DNA of 64,000 bases from Candidatus Babelota bacterium (GCA_049325595.1 JBMOLF010000012.1:1-64000); one strand, 5' to 3'. Positions 1-9,532 are shown, counted from the stretch's first letter. Notes: generated from the letters alone by a model not told the origin. Made by a program: numbers and translations.

Positions 1-72
1 ATCCAACAATGGAATCGCGGCATCAAATTCTGCTGGACAAAGACTAAAGATTCTTTTCTGGCTCTTTGCCAA

Positions 73-339
73 TTAGCTTCTGCAATTCATAATTTTAGGC
101 TCGTGGGAATTTTCGGATAAGCTCTTATATTCTTCAGCTTTCTTTTTTTGACGTTCTAAATTAAAGCCATATGCGGTTAACATATTTTTAGCATCAGCAT
201 AATTGGAAACATCTCCAGGAAGCACTACCTTGTTTAATGCGCGGTAATTATCATGAATTTTTTTGCATAATTGAGTATCTTTGTCCATGGCAAAAGTAAT
301 AGCGGGTAGACACAATGCTAGCATGAGAACTTTTTTCAT
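73..339 (-). CDS. small secreted hypothetical protein
   Basis: Likely start MKKVLM at 339 with AGGAG RBS; signal-peptide-like N-terminus ending TFA-MDK. Confidence 0.7.
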   Translation of the reverse strand: MKKVLMLALCLPAITFAMDKDTQLCKKIHDNYRALNKVVLPGDVSNYADAKNMLTAYGFNLERQKKKAEEYKSLSENSHEPKIMNCRS

Positions 340-519
340 CTCTTTCTCCTTAAGTAACATTTGTTGCGGCATATTTATAGCGCAGATAAAAAGTTTGCTC
401 GGTAGCCTACTATAGCTTGATTTGTTTATCAAATAATTTTTTGTTACCCAACTCTATGATCTGCTTTTATATAAATTTTATTATCAAAAAGTGTGCGTAT
501 AAAAAATGAGGAGGGTTTA

Positions 520-1539
520 ATGAAATTAATTGATCCATTGTTTAAAAATTTAAGCCTGGAGTTTAAAAAGAAACTTAAAAAATCGGCTCCTGCATTTATA
601 AAACCAATGTTGGCAACGTTGACCAAAGATTATTTTTCAAGCAAAGAATGGATTTATGAACATAAGTTTGATGGCGTGCGTTGCATAGTAATAAAAAAGG
701 GTGATAAGGTTTCTCTTTTTAGTCGTAATCACAATTCTCTTAATGAAGAGTATCCAGAAATAGTGGCTGCTTTTGAAAAACAAAAAGCGACTGATTTTGT
801 AGTTGATGGTGAAATTGTAGCCGTGAATAAAAAAGGAATATCAGATTTTCAAATGCTGCAGGGCCGTATGAACTTAAAAGATCCACACCGTATTGCGCGA
901 GATTTAAAATTGTTACCGGTGTACATTCATATATTTGATGTGCTATATGCCCATGGCTATGATGTTATGCATCTGCCACTTCTTGTGCGAAAAAAAATTT
1001 TAAAAAAATTATTAGCATATACCAAAATTGTTAAATATACCGATCATAAGACAGGTGATGGCATAACATATTATAAATATGCATGTAAAAAGGGATGGGA
1101 AGGGCTTATTGCCAAAAAAGCCGATAGTACCTATGTGCAAAAACGTTCTCGAGAGTGGCTTAAATTTAAATGTGGCCAAGGACAAGAATTAGTAATTGGT
1201 GGATATACCGAGCCACGTGGTTCGCGTACCGATTTTGGCGCACTTTTAGTTGGGTATTATGATGGTGATCAATTTAAATATGCTGGTAAGGTAGGAACCG
1301 GCTATTCGCAAGAAACGTTGCAAGAACTTGGCAGAAAAATGCGCGCACTCGAAATAAAAAAATGCCCTTTTGTCGATTATGACGGCATTTCAAAAAACGT
1401 GCATTGGATAAAACCAAAATTGGTTGCTGAATTTCAATTTGCACAATGGACAGCTGGTGGCAAATTGCGCGTAGGGCGCTACAAAGGGCTGCGTGAAGAT
1501 AAAAAAGCTAAAGATGTGGTTAAAGAAATTCCAAAATAA
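520..1539 (+). CDS. ligD: ATP-dependent DNA ligase (LigD-type ligase domain, stand-alone)
   Basis: PMLATL, EHKFDGVR (KxDG), DGEIV, FDVL, EGLIAK, WLKFK, GKVGTG, LREDK motifs; GAGGAGG RBS before ATG 520. Confidence 0.9.
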   Translation: MKLIDPLFKNLSLEFKKKLKKSAPAFIKPMLATLTKDYFSSKEWIYEHKFDGVRCIVIKKGDKVSLFSRNHNSLNEEYPEIVAAFEKQKATDFVVDGEIVAVNKKGISDFQMLQGRMNLKDPHRIARDLKLLPVYIHIFDVLYAHGYDVMHLPLLVRKKILKKLLAYTKIVKYTDHKTGDGITYYKYACKKGWEGLIAKKADSTYVQKRSREWLKFKCGQGQELVIGGYTEPRGSRTDFGALLVGYYDGDQFKYAGKVGTGYSQETLQELGRKMRALEIKKCPFVDYDGISKNVHWIKPKLVAEFQFAQWTAGGKLRVGRYKGLREDKKAKDVVKEIPK

Positions 1540-1571
1540 TGCAGAGAAGAAATTTTTAAAATAAAAAAATC

Positions 1572-1600
1572 TTGTTGTCTACCTTTTATCGTGGTATAAC
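1572..1600 (+). promoter_or_regulatory. putative sigma70 promoter of toxin gene
   Basis: TTGTTG-17nt-TATAAC with extended -10 TG, about 40 nt upstream of ATG 1640. Confidence 0.35.
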
Positions 1601-1639
1601 ACTCTTCATTGCAAAAAAACGTTAAAAGGTAATACATCA

Positions 1640-4600
1640 ATGATTTTCAACAAAAAACGTTCTGTTTTGTTGAGCAGTTTGCTCATTCTTTTTTTTATTC
1701 AATCAACTCAGATATTTTCAATGGCCCAGGTTTTAACCCAAACATGGGTTACCTATTTGGCGCCTGCTCTTGGACATTTGGCTATGGCATTAGGTGTTGC
1801 TTTTTCAAAAAATCGCACTGATTCTGCGGCCTTAGATTCATTAAATCAATATGTTCATCAAATTGCACAGCAGCAACAGGCAACACAACAACCAGAACAA
1901 ATAACTAATCCTGCATCAATTAGTCAAGGTGCTGCTCGATCAATTGAAGTGGTTCAAGCAGTGTCGCAGCCTATTGCCACTAATTTGCCAGCAGTAGAAG
2001 GAATTGAATCGGGTGGAATGCCCGGCATTGCACCTGGTGCTATCTCGTGCCCGGGAGAAAAAATCAAGATTATAACTCCTGATCAAATGATGACCCTTAC
2101 AAAAATATTAACTGATGCAGTAAAACCACGCATTAAAGTTGTGCCACAAGAGCAAGGTTTTTTAGCAATACTTGGACAGCAAGCACATTTTGCTAATAAA
2201 TATAAGCCACAAAGCTTGTGGACTACCAATAACTCAATCCCCGGTGTTACGCGCTATCAACATGAATCGGGTCTTTTTGCACAAGTAGAAGCAAAAATAC
2301 CTCAATATAATCTTGGCCATGCATTGTATTGCCAGCAAGCACAATCTGCGTACCGACATTTTGCCTTAGTAAGAACATCACCGGAATATGTTCATTATAT
2401 ACGTCAACGTCTCGATCAGGTGCTGCAAACAACTATCAAATTTTCAAGTGCATCAATAACTGATCGAGTACGTGCCTTTTTTGAACTAAATGCATCGCAT
2501 GATTCATGGTGGGTGCAAGGAAAAATCGATCCTTTGGTGCGAGATATAAACAATTTTGCAACGTTGGGTGATTATGAATTAACTTCAGTAAATTTTCAGC
2601 ACAATTTGCATGGCATTGTCACCAATTATTTAAAAGATATTGGCAATAAAAGCGATGTAAGCGGCTTGGTTAAAACTCTTGGACTCTCTGATCAAGGGAG
2701 TGAAAGTTGGACGTCGTCTATTTATAGATTTGCACGCAATGCTACCCATTGGTATCCAAACCAAGAAAAGGTTTTTGCACATCCCACCAATCAAAAATTA
2801 TTAAGGTTAATTGATGCCTGTGATCGTTATGATATGACACAAGTGCAAAATATTATGACCGAGTTGGCAGACAATCACCTAGGGCAACAAATCTACAAAG
2901 AATTTTGCGATCAGTATCATAACATGCTTTATACCAAAGAAGGAATTTATCGATTATATGAAAATGACCCTGTTTGGCAAAAGTTATCGCTCGATCAAAA
3001 GAATGAAATTGCACTAGATGCGATCAAGCGACAAGAACTCAATCATGAGTTAGCATTACGTCATATCGTAAAAGAAAATATATGCAAAGCATGGAGCATT
3101 CCTCAATCTGCATTACCATCAGTACATCAAACGGTGTACAAAATAGTTGATCAGCCAGAGTTGTTAACATCACCGGCAAAATTAAGTGAATTTCTTGCTA
3201 AAGAAGCAACAACTATTCCAGCTCATGAATATGAAACCTGGATGAAATCGTTCTTCTGTAAAAATGGGCTGATTGCTGATTTTGTAAATTGGCCAGAAGC
3301 TACGCAATACGGTATGCCACTTACCATTCATAAGCAAGAAAATGTTTTGCTGCGCCATTCGTTTAATAATGCATTGTCTTTAATACACGCTAACCATGCG
3401 CAAGCGCCAGTAGCAAAACAAATTATCTGTTACATTGAGCGTGCGCTTACTACGCAAGATGTTCAACTTGCTCAATCGTATAAAACTATTGTTAACTCGC
3501 TTGAACATTCAATTGCAAACAGATACCCCTTAGCTAAAATAATTCCTGATTTTAGTACACAATACTCGCGCCCTATAGCGATTCGCTTACAAAATTTGCT
3601 CGTTAAAATGACAAGTAAGTTGCTTGAATCACATAAAGCTGCAGTAGTCGCTCGTGCTGCGTATAGTACCATTCACCAATTTAGTGATGCGCTGCGCGCA
3701 TTAAAAGATTTAGTGCACGGCCAACAAGAGGTAACAGGCGATAAAATTGAAGAGCTCATTAAATCTGGTCCGTATCAAGATCAGGTTAAAGCTGAATTGC
3801 TTGATGAACTTAATCAAGCATTGCACGCACAAGCTATTGCACAAGAATGCGGTGCCCACCTACCGGCATTAGAAGATTTGCCAAAACCAATTACCTTGCC
3901 ATGGGATGATCCAGATCGAAAACCTTTAAAAGGAGGGCAGATTATTGCTCCTCGCCCACCAGAAATGGGTGGCAAGGTAATTGGTGGGTTACCGGAGGAA
4001 AAATTTCTTAAAGGTGATGATTGTAGCCCTATAAAATTGCCTGATCCAGAGCCATGCAACTGGAGTAAAGGGTATGGGCGATTACCATCATTTAAAGATC
4101 CAAAGCATGTAGATACTAATAATCCACAAATGCCACCGCCCAATGAAGAAATCGGTAAAGGTGCCGAGATTGGAATTGATAGTATTCTTGGCGGTGGCAT
4201 TGGTGAATTAGATGGCCAAGCACAATCTGAAGATGGTACTAAAGCGAAAGATGATGCAGTTACTCTTCCGCAAACAGAAATTGAAACAAAGCCTGTAGCA
4301 AAGCCGGTTTCAGAAACTCAAGCACCAGCGAAGGCAGAAACACAATCACCGGCTGATGCTAAATCAAAGGTAATTGACCCAGCAACCGAGCAAGAAAAAG
4401 CTGAATGGAAAGCGAGAAAAGAACTTACGGTGAAGTTGCTAAAAAAAGCTCTTGATGTGTTGCGTAACAAATATGGGAAAGATAGCGAAGCATTCCTAAA
4501 GATGCAAGAAGGAGTAAGAAAAGTAATACAGGAGCTTAATAAACCTGAATGTAAATATCACATAGATACGACAACAAAAGGCGTTCATAATATAGTTCCT

Positions 4601-5143
4601 AAAGAGCTAGAAAGATTTATTCCTTCTGCAAAAGAATTAGCCGAGTTAGAAAGACTTTTAGATATTCTTGATGAAATTAAAAAAGTTAGTGGCAAGGAGG
4701 TGGATAAATTGATTGAAAATTTGATACACGTATTTGCACCTGAAGTAAAAGTTAATTGCGAAGAAGGAAAAGTGGGTACGCAAGGAGCTCATTATTATCC
4801 TATTCTTGAGCTCTTGGAAAAAGAGGGATTGATAAAAATAGATACTAAAGTTTTAAATCCTGATGGAACCTATATTATTGAATGGTCTTATCACGGTTCA
4901 AAAAGCAAGGAATCGACATGTTTCCCCCTAGAATGGACAGAAGAAAAAATTATTCAAAAGATTAATGAGGCTGCTAAAAATATTACTAAAGAAGAGTGGC
5001 AAAAAGATGGACGTTTAGAAATAATTGGACAAACAACAGAGGGAATCAAAATAAAAATGGTTTTTGAATTTCAGAAGGTGGAGGAAAAAACTATATGCAA
5101 AATGATTAGCTGTTATCCCTACAAAGAAAAAAAAGGAATTTAA
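1640..5143 (+). CDS. secreted polymorphic toxin with C-terminal bacterial EndoU-type nuclease domain
   Basis: N-terminal signal peptide; Pro/acidic linker; C-terminus HVF...GAH...SKESTCFPLEW...GQTTEGIKI...ISCYP matches the EndoU_bacteria pattern; immediately followed by a small gene. Confidence 0.85.
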   Translation: MIFNKKRSVLLSSLLILFFIQSTQIFSMAQVLTQTWVTYLAPALGHLAMALGVAFSKNRTDSAALDSLNQYVHQIAQQQQATQQPEQITNPASISQGAARSIEVVQAVSQPIATNLPAVEGIESGGMPGIAPGAISCPGEKIKIITPDQMMTLTKILTDAVKPRIKVVPQEQGFLAILGQQAHFANKYKPQSLWTTNNSIPGVTRYQHESGLFAQVEAKIPQYNLGHALYCQQAQSAYRHFALVRTSPEYVHYIRQRLDQVLQTTIKFSSASITDRVRAFFELNASHDSWWVQGKIDPLVRDINNFATLGDYELTSVNFQHNLHGIVTNYLKDIGNKSDVSGLVKTLGLSDQGSESWTSSIYRFARNATHWYPNQEKVFAHPTNQKLLRLIDACDRYDMTQVQNIMTELADNHLGQQIYKEFCDQYHNMLYTKEGIYRLYENDPVWQKLSLDQKNEIALDAIKRQELNHELALRHIVKENICKAWSIPQSALPSVHQTVYKIVDQPELLTSPAKLSEFLAKEATTIPAHEYETWMKSFFCKNGLIADFVNWPEATQYGMPLTIHKQENVLLRHSFNNALSLIHANHAQAPVAKQIICYIERALTTQDVQLAQSYKTIVNSLEHSIANRYPLAKIIPDFSTQYSRPIAIRLQNLLVKMTSKLLESHKAAVVARAAYSTIHQFSDALRALKDLVHGQQEVTGDKIEELIKSGPYQDQVKAELLDELNQALHAQAIAQECGAHLPALEDLPKPITLPWDDPDRKPLKGGQIIAPRPPEMGGKVIGGLPEEKFLKGDDCSPIKLPDPEPCNWSKGYGRLPSFKDPKHVDTNNPQMPPPNEEIGKGAEIGIDSILGGGIGELDGQAQSEDGTKAKDDAVTLPQTEIETKPVAKPVSETQAPAKAETQSPADAKSKVIDPATEQEKAEWKARKELTVKLLKKALDVLRNKYGKDSEAFLKMQEGVRKVIQELNKPECKYHIDTTTKGVHNIVPKELERFIPSAKELAELERLLDILDEIKKVSGKEVDKLIENLIHVFAPEVKVNCEEGKVGTQGAHYYPILELLEKEGLIKIDTKVLNPDGTYIIEWSYHGSKSKESTCFPLEWTEEKIIQKINEAAKNITKEEWQKDGRLEIIGQTTEGIKIKMVFEFQKVEEKTICKMISCYPYKEKKGI

Positions 5144-5581
5144 ATGAAGTTTACAATACTTAAAAAAGATGGGGAAGCTTATTACTCTACTGATGTAGTT
5201 TCCAATGATGATTATTCATATATTTTAATGAGAATTTTTACCGATCGAATATCCTTTGCAAAAAATATTAAGAAGGACCTTGAAAACCCTAATGCGACAG
5301 GAAGAGCTGGAAATGAGATGGATATTGATATAAATAATTCTTATGTAACTATAAGTTATTTATATGCTGAAGATGAATACATAGTCATTAATCGTCAAGA
5401 ATTAATAAAGATACTAGAAAAAGGCATTGCTTTAATGGAAGCTAATGCACCCTATATTTCATTGATACGAGAGAATGAGAATGCTCCAATTAAAGTCACT
5501 GATCAACTGCCAGAAGGAATGGAGTTTTTTGTTGAAAATAAACAATTAAAAGCTAGATATAAAGGAAAAATTTATACCTAA
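5144..5581 (+). CDS. putative cognate immunity protein (Imm1)
   Basis: ATG abuts toxin stop (TAAATG); 145 aa, acidic, no signal peptide; paralog of six downstream genes. Confidence 0.8.
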   Translation: MKFTILKKDGEAYYSTDVVSNDDYSYILMRIFTDRISFAKNIKKDLENPNATGRAGNEMDIDINNSYVTISYLYAEDEYIVINRQELIKILEKGIALMEANAPYISLIRENENAPIKVTDQLPEGMEFFVENKQLKARYKGKIYT

Positions 5582-5718
5582 CAATAATTAAAAAATAGTA
5601 ACCCATGACGATGGAGCGTATCTCATTAACTGGTCATATAAAGGTTCTGAACCCAAAAATTCTACTTTTTTTCCAGCCGATTGGACGCCTGAGTAGGTAG
5701 TTGAGGCTATAAAAGAAG
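5567..5718 (+). repeat. 152-bp direct repeat copy 1 (copy 2 at 7298-7449)
   Basis: Manual alignment with offset 1731; mismatches seen only at 5640/7371 and 5694/7425. Confidence 0.9.
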
Positions 5719-5891
5719 CTCTAAAAAATGTCGATGAAGTAATTGTAAATGATTTAGATTATGACATTGTTGGCATAGCAAAAAATGGTATGAAAATATT
5801 TTTTAACGCACGAATTATTTTTGATTCATTTGGTGGAAAATCATATCTAAAAATTACAACTGCTTATCCCCATAAAAAAAGAGAAAATTAA
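5592..5891 (+). pseudogene. orphan EndoU toxin C-terminal fragment 1
   Basis: Translates KIVTHDDGAYLINWSYKGSEPKNSTFFPADWTPE*VVEAIKEALKN...GIAKNGMKIFF...KITTAYPHKKREN*; no start codon, internal TAG at 5694, stop overlaps next ATG (TAATG). Confidence 0.9.
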
Positions 5892-6328
5892 TGGAATTCG
5901 CGATTATAGAACGAATTGGAAAACAGTCGTATTTTTCAGGACCAAATAATTCTTATTACCTTATGTTTTTATCAAAAGTATTTACTGATGACTTAGTAAA
6001 TCGAGTAATTGAACGACTATCGAAAGCAGATTTTCGAGGCTTTGCCGGAAATATAACAACCGTACGGCCAGGAACTAATAATGACAAGGTAGAAATTGGT
6101 GATGTGTATTGGTACGAATATGATACAGAACCAATCGAGATAGATAAACAAGAATTATTAAGAGTAGCAAAAGAAGGTTTATCATTAATGGAAAAAGATG
6201 TTGCTTACATTGTTTTAACTCGTAAAGATGAGAAAGCTCCAATTACTATTACTGATCAGCTGCCCCAGGGAATGGAACTTTATACCGAACATAAGCAACT
6301 GAAGTATAGATTTAAAAATGAAAAATAG
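5891..6328 (+). CDS. orphan immunity protein paralog (Imm2)
   Basis: Shares FTD, GN, IDKQELL, YIVLTR, TDQLP motifs with the other array members. Confidence 0.8.
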   Translation: MEFAIIERIGKQSYFSGPNNSYYLMFLSKVFTDDLVNRVIERLSKADFRGFAGNITTVRPGTNNDKVEIGDVYWYEYDTEPIEIDKQELLRVAKEGLSLMEKDVAYIVLTRKDEKAPITITDQLPQGMELYTEHKQLKYRFKNEK

Positions 6329-6423
6329 AGTTTAGTCAATATATGCATAACATAGTTAGAATAATTAATTAACTTTGTGTTCTATGACAATAAACACATA
6401 CAAATCTTTATTAGGCTAATGGG

Positions 6424-6858
6424 ATGGAATTCAAAATATTAGAATTAACTGAATCGGGGACATATTTTTCAGGTCCAAATAATTCTTATTATCTTATGTT
6501 TTTATCAAAAATTTTTACTGATGGCCAAAGCTTTACAAATTGGATAATCGAGGAATTAACAAAAAAAAGCTTTAAGGGACTCTCAGGCAATATGATCACG
6601 GTCAATCCTGTAAATGATAATAAAATACAAATTGGTGATGTGTTTTGGTACGAGTATGATACAGAACCAATCGAGATAGATAAACAAGAATTACTAAGAA
6701 TCGCTAGAGAAGGCTCATTGTTAATGGATAAAGATGTTGCTTACATTGTCTTAACTCGTGAAGATGAGAAATCTCCAATTGCGATTACTGACCAATTACC
6801 TGAAACTATAGAACTTTACACTGAACACAAGCAGTTAAAATATAGAGTTAGAAAATAA
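6424..6858 (+). CDS. orphan immunity protein paralog (Imm3)
   Basis: Same family motifs; most like 8056-8499. Confidence 0.8.
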   Translation: MEFKILELTESGTYFSGPNNSYYLMFLSKIFTDGQSFTNWIIEELTKKSFKGLSGNMITVNPVNDNKIQIGDVFWYEYDTEPIEIDKQELLRIAREGSLLMDKDVAYIVLTREDEKSPIAITDQLPETIELYTEHKQLKYRVRK

Positions 6859-6862
6859 CAAT

Positions 6863-7312
6863 ATGGAATTTGCAATCATAAGAAGACTTGAAGGCGGGGG
6901 TTATTTCCTGGGGCCTGATAGCTCTGATTATTTGATATATCTAGGTCATATTTTCACAGATGGTCAAAGCTTTACAAAAAAAATTATACAGGAATTATCA
7001 AAAACAAATTTTAGAGGCTTTGCCGGGAATATAACAACGGTACGGCCTGGAACTAATACTGATATGGTTCAAATAGGCGATGTGTATTGGTATGAGTATG
7101 ATACCGAACCAATCGAGATAGATAAACAAGAATTATTAAGAGTAGCAAAAGAAGGTTTATCATTAATGGAAAAAGATGTTGCTTACATTGTCTTAACTCG
7201 TGAAGATGAGAAATCTCCAATTGCTATTACTGATCAATTACCCGATGGAATGGAACTTTTTGAGCAGGGCTATGAAACAAAAGCTAGGTATAAGGGGAAA
7301 ATTTATACCTAA
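6863..7312 (+). CDS. orphan immunity protein paralog (Imm4)
   Basis: Same family; near-identical to 8504-8953; ends KARYKGKIYT. Confidence 0.8.
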   Translation: MEFAIIRRLEGGGYFLGPDSSDYLIYLGHIFTDGQSFTKKIIQELSKTNFRGFAGNITTVRPGTNTDMVQIGDVYWYEYDTEPIEIDKQELLRVAKEGLSLMEKDVAYIVLTREDEKSPIAITDQLPDGMELFEQGYETKARYKGKIYT

Positions 7313-7449
7313 CAATAATTAAAAAATAGTAACCCATGACGATGGAGCGTATCTCATTAACTGGTCATATGAAGGTTCTGAACCCAAAAATTCTACTTTT
7401 TTTCCAGCCGATTGGACGCCTGAGCAGGTAGTTGAGGCTATAAAAGAAG
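7298..7449 (+). repeat. 152-bp direct repeat copy 2
   Basis: Matches 5567-5718. Confidence 0.9.
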
Positions 7450-7618
7450 GACTTCAAAATATAAAGAGTATAGAACTTGAAAATGGTAAATATCAAATTA
7501 AAGGAGAAACCAAGGCTAGAATGAAAATTCTTTATATCGGGAAAATTGTTACAGATACAGTCGATAAATCTTCATTTTTAAAATATTAACTGCATATCCG
7601 GATAAACGAGGGTTGTAA
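7323..7618 (+). pseudogene. orphan EndoU toxin C-terminal fragment 2
   Basis: KIVTHDDGAYLINWSYEGSEPKNSTFFPADWTPEQVVEAIKEGLQN...GETKARMKIL...SSFLK, then an apparent 1-nt deletion in the A-run at 7580-7583; continues LTAYPDKRGL* in another frame. Confidence 0.9.
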
Positions 7619-7619
7619 T

Positions 7620-8054
7620 ATGGAATTTAGAATTTTGCGTTTAACAGATTCAGGAACATATTTTTCGGGACCTAGTGATTCAGATTATCTTAGAATATTA
7701 TCGCATATCTTTACAGATGGCTTAAGTTTAACAAGATGGATAATAGAGGAGGTACCTAAATCTAATTTTAAAGGGTTATCTGGTAATATCACCTCTGTTA
7801 GAGCCGTAAGTAATAATCTAATACAAGTTAATTATTTGGATTGGATTGATTGGGATACTGAAACAATAACAATTTGTCGCAATGATTTAGTCAGAATAGC
7901 AAAAGAAGGTTTATCATTAATGATAAACAATGTTCCTTACATTGTTTTGATCCGCGAAAATGAAAATTCCCCTATTGTTATTACCGATCAACTTCCCGAA
8001 GAAATAGAACTCTATACGGAAAATAAACAACTGAAATATAGACTGAAAAATTAA
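7620..8054 (+). CDS. orphan immunity protein paralog (Imm5)
   Basis: Same family; begins 2 nt after the orphan fragment 2 stop. Confidence 0.8.
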   Translation: MEFRILRLTDSGTYFSGPSDSDYLRILSHIFTDGLSLTRWIIEEVPKSNFKGLSGNITSVRAVSNNLIQVNYLDWIDWDTETITICRNDLVRIAKEGLSLMINNVPYIVLIRENENSPIVITDQLPEEIELYTENKQLKYRLKN

Positions 8055-8055
8055 T

Positions 8056-8499
8056 ATGATAATGGAATTTGCAATTTTGGAAAAATTAGATTCAGGCATG
8101 TATTTTTCTGGGCCAAATAATTCTTATTATCTTATTTTTTTATCAAAAATTTTTACTGATCGTAGAAGCTTTACAAATTGGATAATCGAAGAATTAATAA
8201 AAGAAGGCTTTAGGGGTCTTTCAGGTAATATAATATCAGTGCGATCCGCAAGTAATACTAATCGAATACAGATTGGTGATGTATTTTGGTTCGATACAGA
8301 TATTGAGCCAATTGAAATTGATAAACAAGAATTATTAAGAATAGCAAAAGAAGGCTTATCATTGATGATAAACAAAGTTCCATACATTGTCTTAACTCGT
8401 AAAGATGAGAATTCTCGTATTATTATTACTGATCAAGTACCTGAAACTATAGAACTTTACACTGAACACAAGCAGTTAAAATATAGAGTTAAAAAATAA
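8056..8499 (+). CDS. orphan immunity protein paralog (Imm6)
   Basis: Same family; start may be MEF at 8062. Confidence 0.8.
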   Translation: MIMEFAILEKLDSGMYFSGPNNSYYLIFLSKIFTDRRSFTNWIIEELIKEGFRGLSGNIISVRSASNTNRIQIGDVFWFDTDIEPIEIDKQELLRIAKEGLSLMINKVPYIVLTRKDENSRIIITDQVPETIELYTEHKQLKYRVKK

Positions 8500-8503
8500 C
8501 CAT

Positions 8504-8953
8504 ATGGAATTTGGAATCATAAGAAGACTTGAAGATGGGGGTTATTTCCTGGGACCTCATAGCTCTGATTATTTGATATATCTAGGTCATATTTTCACAG
8601 ATGGTCAAAGCTTTACAAAAAAAATTATAGAGCAATTATCAAAAACAGATTTTAGAGGATTTGCCGGGAATATAACAACGGTACGGCCTGGAACTAATAA
8701 TGACAAGGTTCAAATAGGTGATGAGTTTTGGTTTGAGTATGATACAGAACCAATCGAAATTGATAAACAAGAATTATTAAGAGTAGCAAAAGAAGGTTTA
8801 TCATTAATGGAAAAAGATGTTGCTTACATTGTCTTAACTCGTGAAGATGAGAAATCTCCAATTGCTATTACTGATCAATTACCCGATGCAATGGAACTTT
8901 TTGAGCAGGGCTATGAAACAAAAGCTAGGTATAAGGGGAAAATTTATACCTAA
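8504..8953 (+). CDS. orphan immunity protein paralog (Imm7)
   Basis: Same family; near-identical to Imm4. Confidence 0.8.
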   Translation: MEFGIIRRLEDGGYFLGPHSSDYLIYLGHIFTDGQSFTKKIIEQLSKTDFRGFAGNITTVRPGTNNDKVQIGDEFWFEYDTEPIEIDKQELLRVAKEGLSLMEKDVAYIVLTREDEKSPIAITDQLPDAMELFEQGYETKARYKGKIYT

Positions 8954-8980
8954 TGTGAATTAAAAAAATTGCTAAATATG

Positions 8981-9532
8981 TTAGATTTTTCTAGTTATTT
9001 TTTCTTCGTATTCTTTTAATTTTGTTAATATTTGCTGATTATCGTGTATGCGAGCATCAAGGTGTCTATTTAGCGTTGCGTATTTCGTAGCTGCTTTTAT
9101 TCCAGTAAGGCTCAATAAAAAACCTGCTATTGCTGCGGCTGACCCAAGTGCTATCAGAGCATATCCCTTATTGCTATCTTGATGGCAACCGATGTAATCA
9201 CGGGCAAAATGTATTGAAGCAGCAGCAGTTAGTTCAAACAGTAAGCCTGGTACTGCATAAAATATTGTTTTTTTTAATAAATTTTTTTTGTAAGTCGAAT
9301 TTTTTTCTTTTTTTTCGGTTACGTGATGAATATGGTTTTCGAGAACTTTTTTGTACAAAGGTATGTTATAAGCAGATAATCCCCATGTTTCAGGATTTTC
9401 ATCCTGTTTTAAGCGATAATAAAGATATTTTCGTTGCCCATCACCTTCTTTAGGAGGTTTATCTTGAAAAAAATCCATGCTCAAAGAATTAAGCGGTATG
9501 GTTAAGATAAGGCTAATAAACATTTTTTTCAT
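8981..9532 (-). CDS. signal peptide + two-TM hairpin protein (family A)
   Basis: Signal peptide, basic helix, two hydrophobic segments; paralog of 9556-10167. Confidence 0.75.
   Translation of the reverse strand: MKKMFISLILTIPLNSLSMDFFQDKPPKEGDGQRKYLYYRLKQDENPETWGLSAYNIPLYKKVLENHIHHVTEKKEKNSTYKKNLLKKTIFYAVPGLLFELTAAASIHFARDYIGCHQDSNKGYALIALGSAAAIAGFLLSLTGIKAATKYATLNRHLDARIHDNQQILTKLKEYEEKITRKI

Noticed and set aside
3814..4200. 128-aa minus-strand ORF
   Set aside because: Antisense shadow of the Pro/Gly-rich toxin linker
5694..5696. TAG readthrough or recoding in orphan tip 1
   Set aside because: TAG is used as a normal stop elsewhere (e.g. 6328), the fragment has no start codon, and the sister copy has CAG, so this is a simple nonsense mutation
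6329..6423. Possible third orphan toxin remnant between Imm2 and Imm3
   Set aside because: I found no STFFP or TAYP-like motif; more likely a spacer or internal promoter
5144..8953. CRISPR array or diversity-generating retroelement as the explanation for the repeats
   Set aside because: Repeats are gene-length coding paralogs. There is no short repeat-spacer period, and no cas or reverse transcriptase gene in the window.
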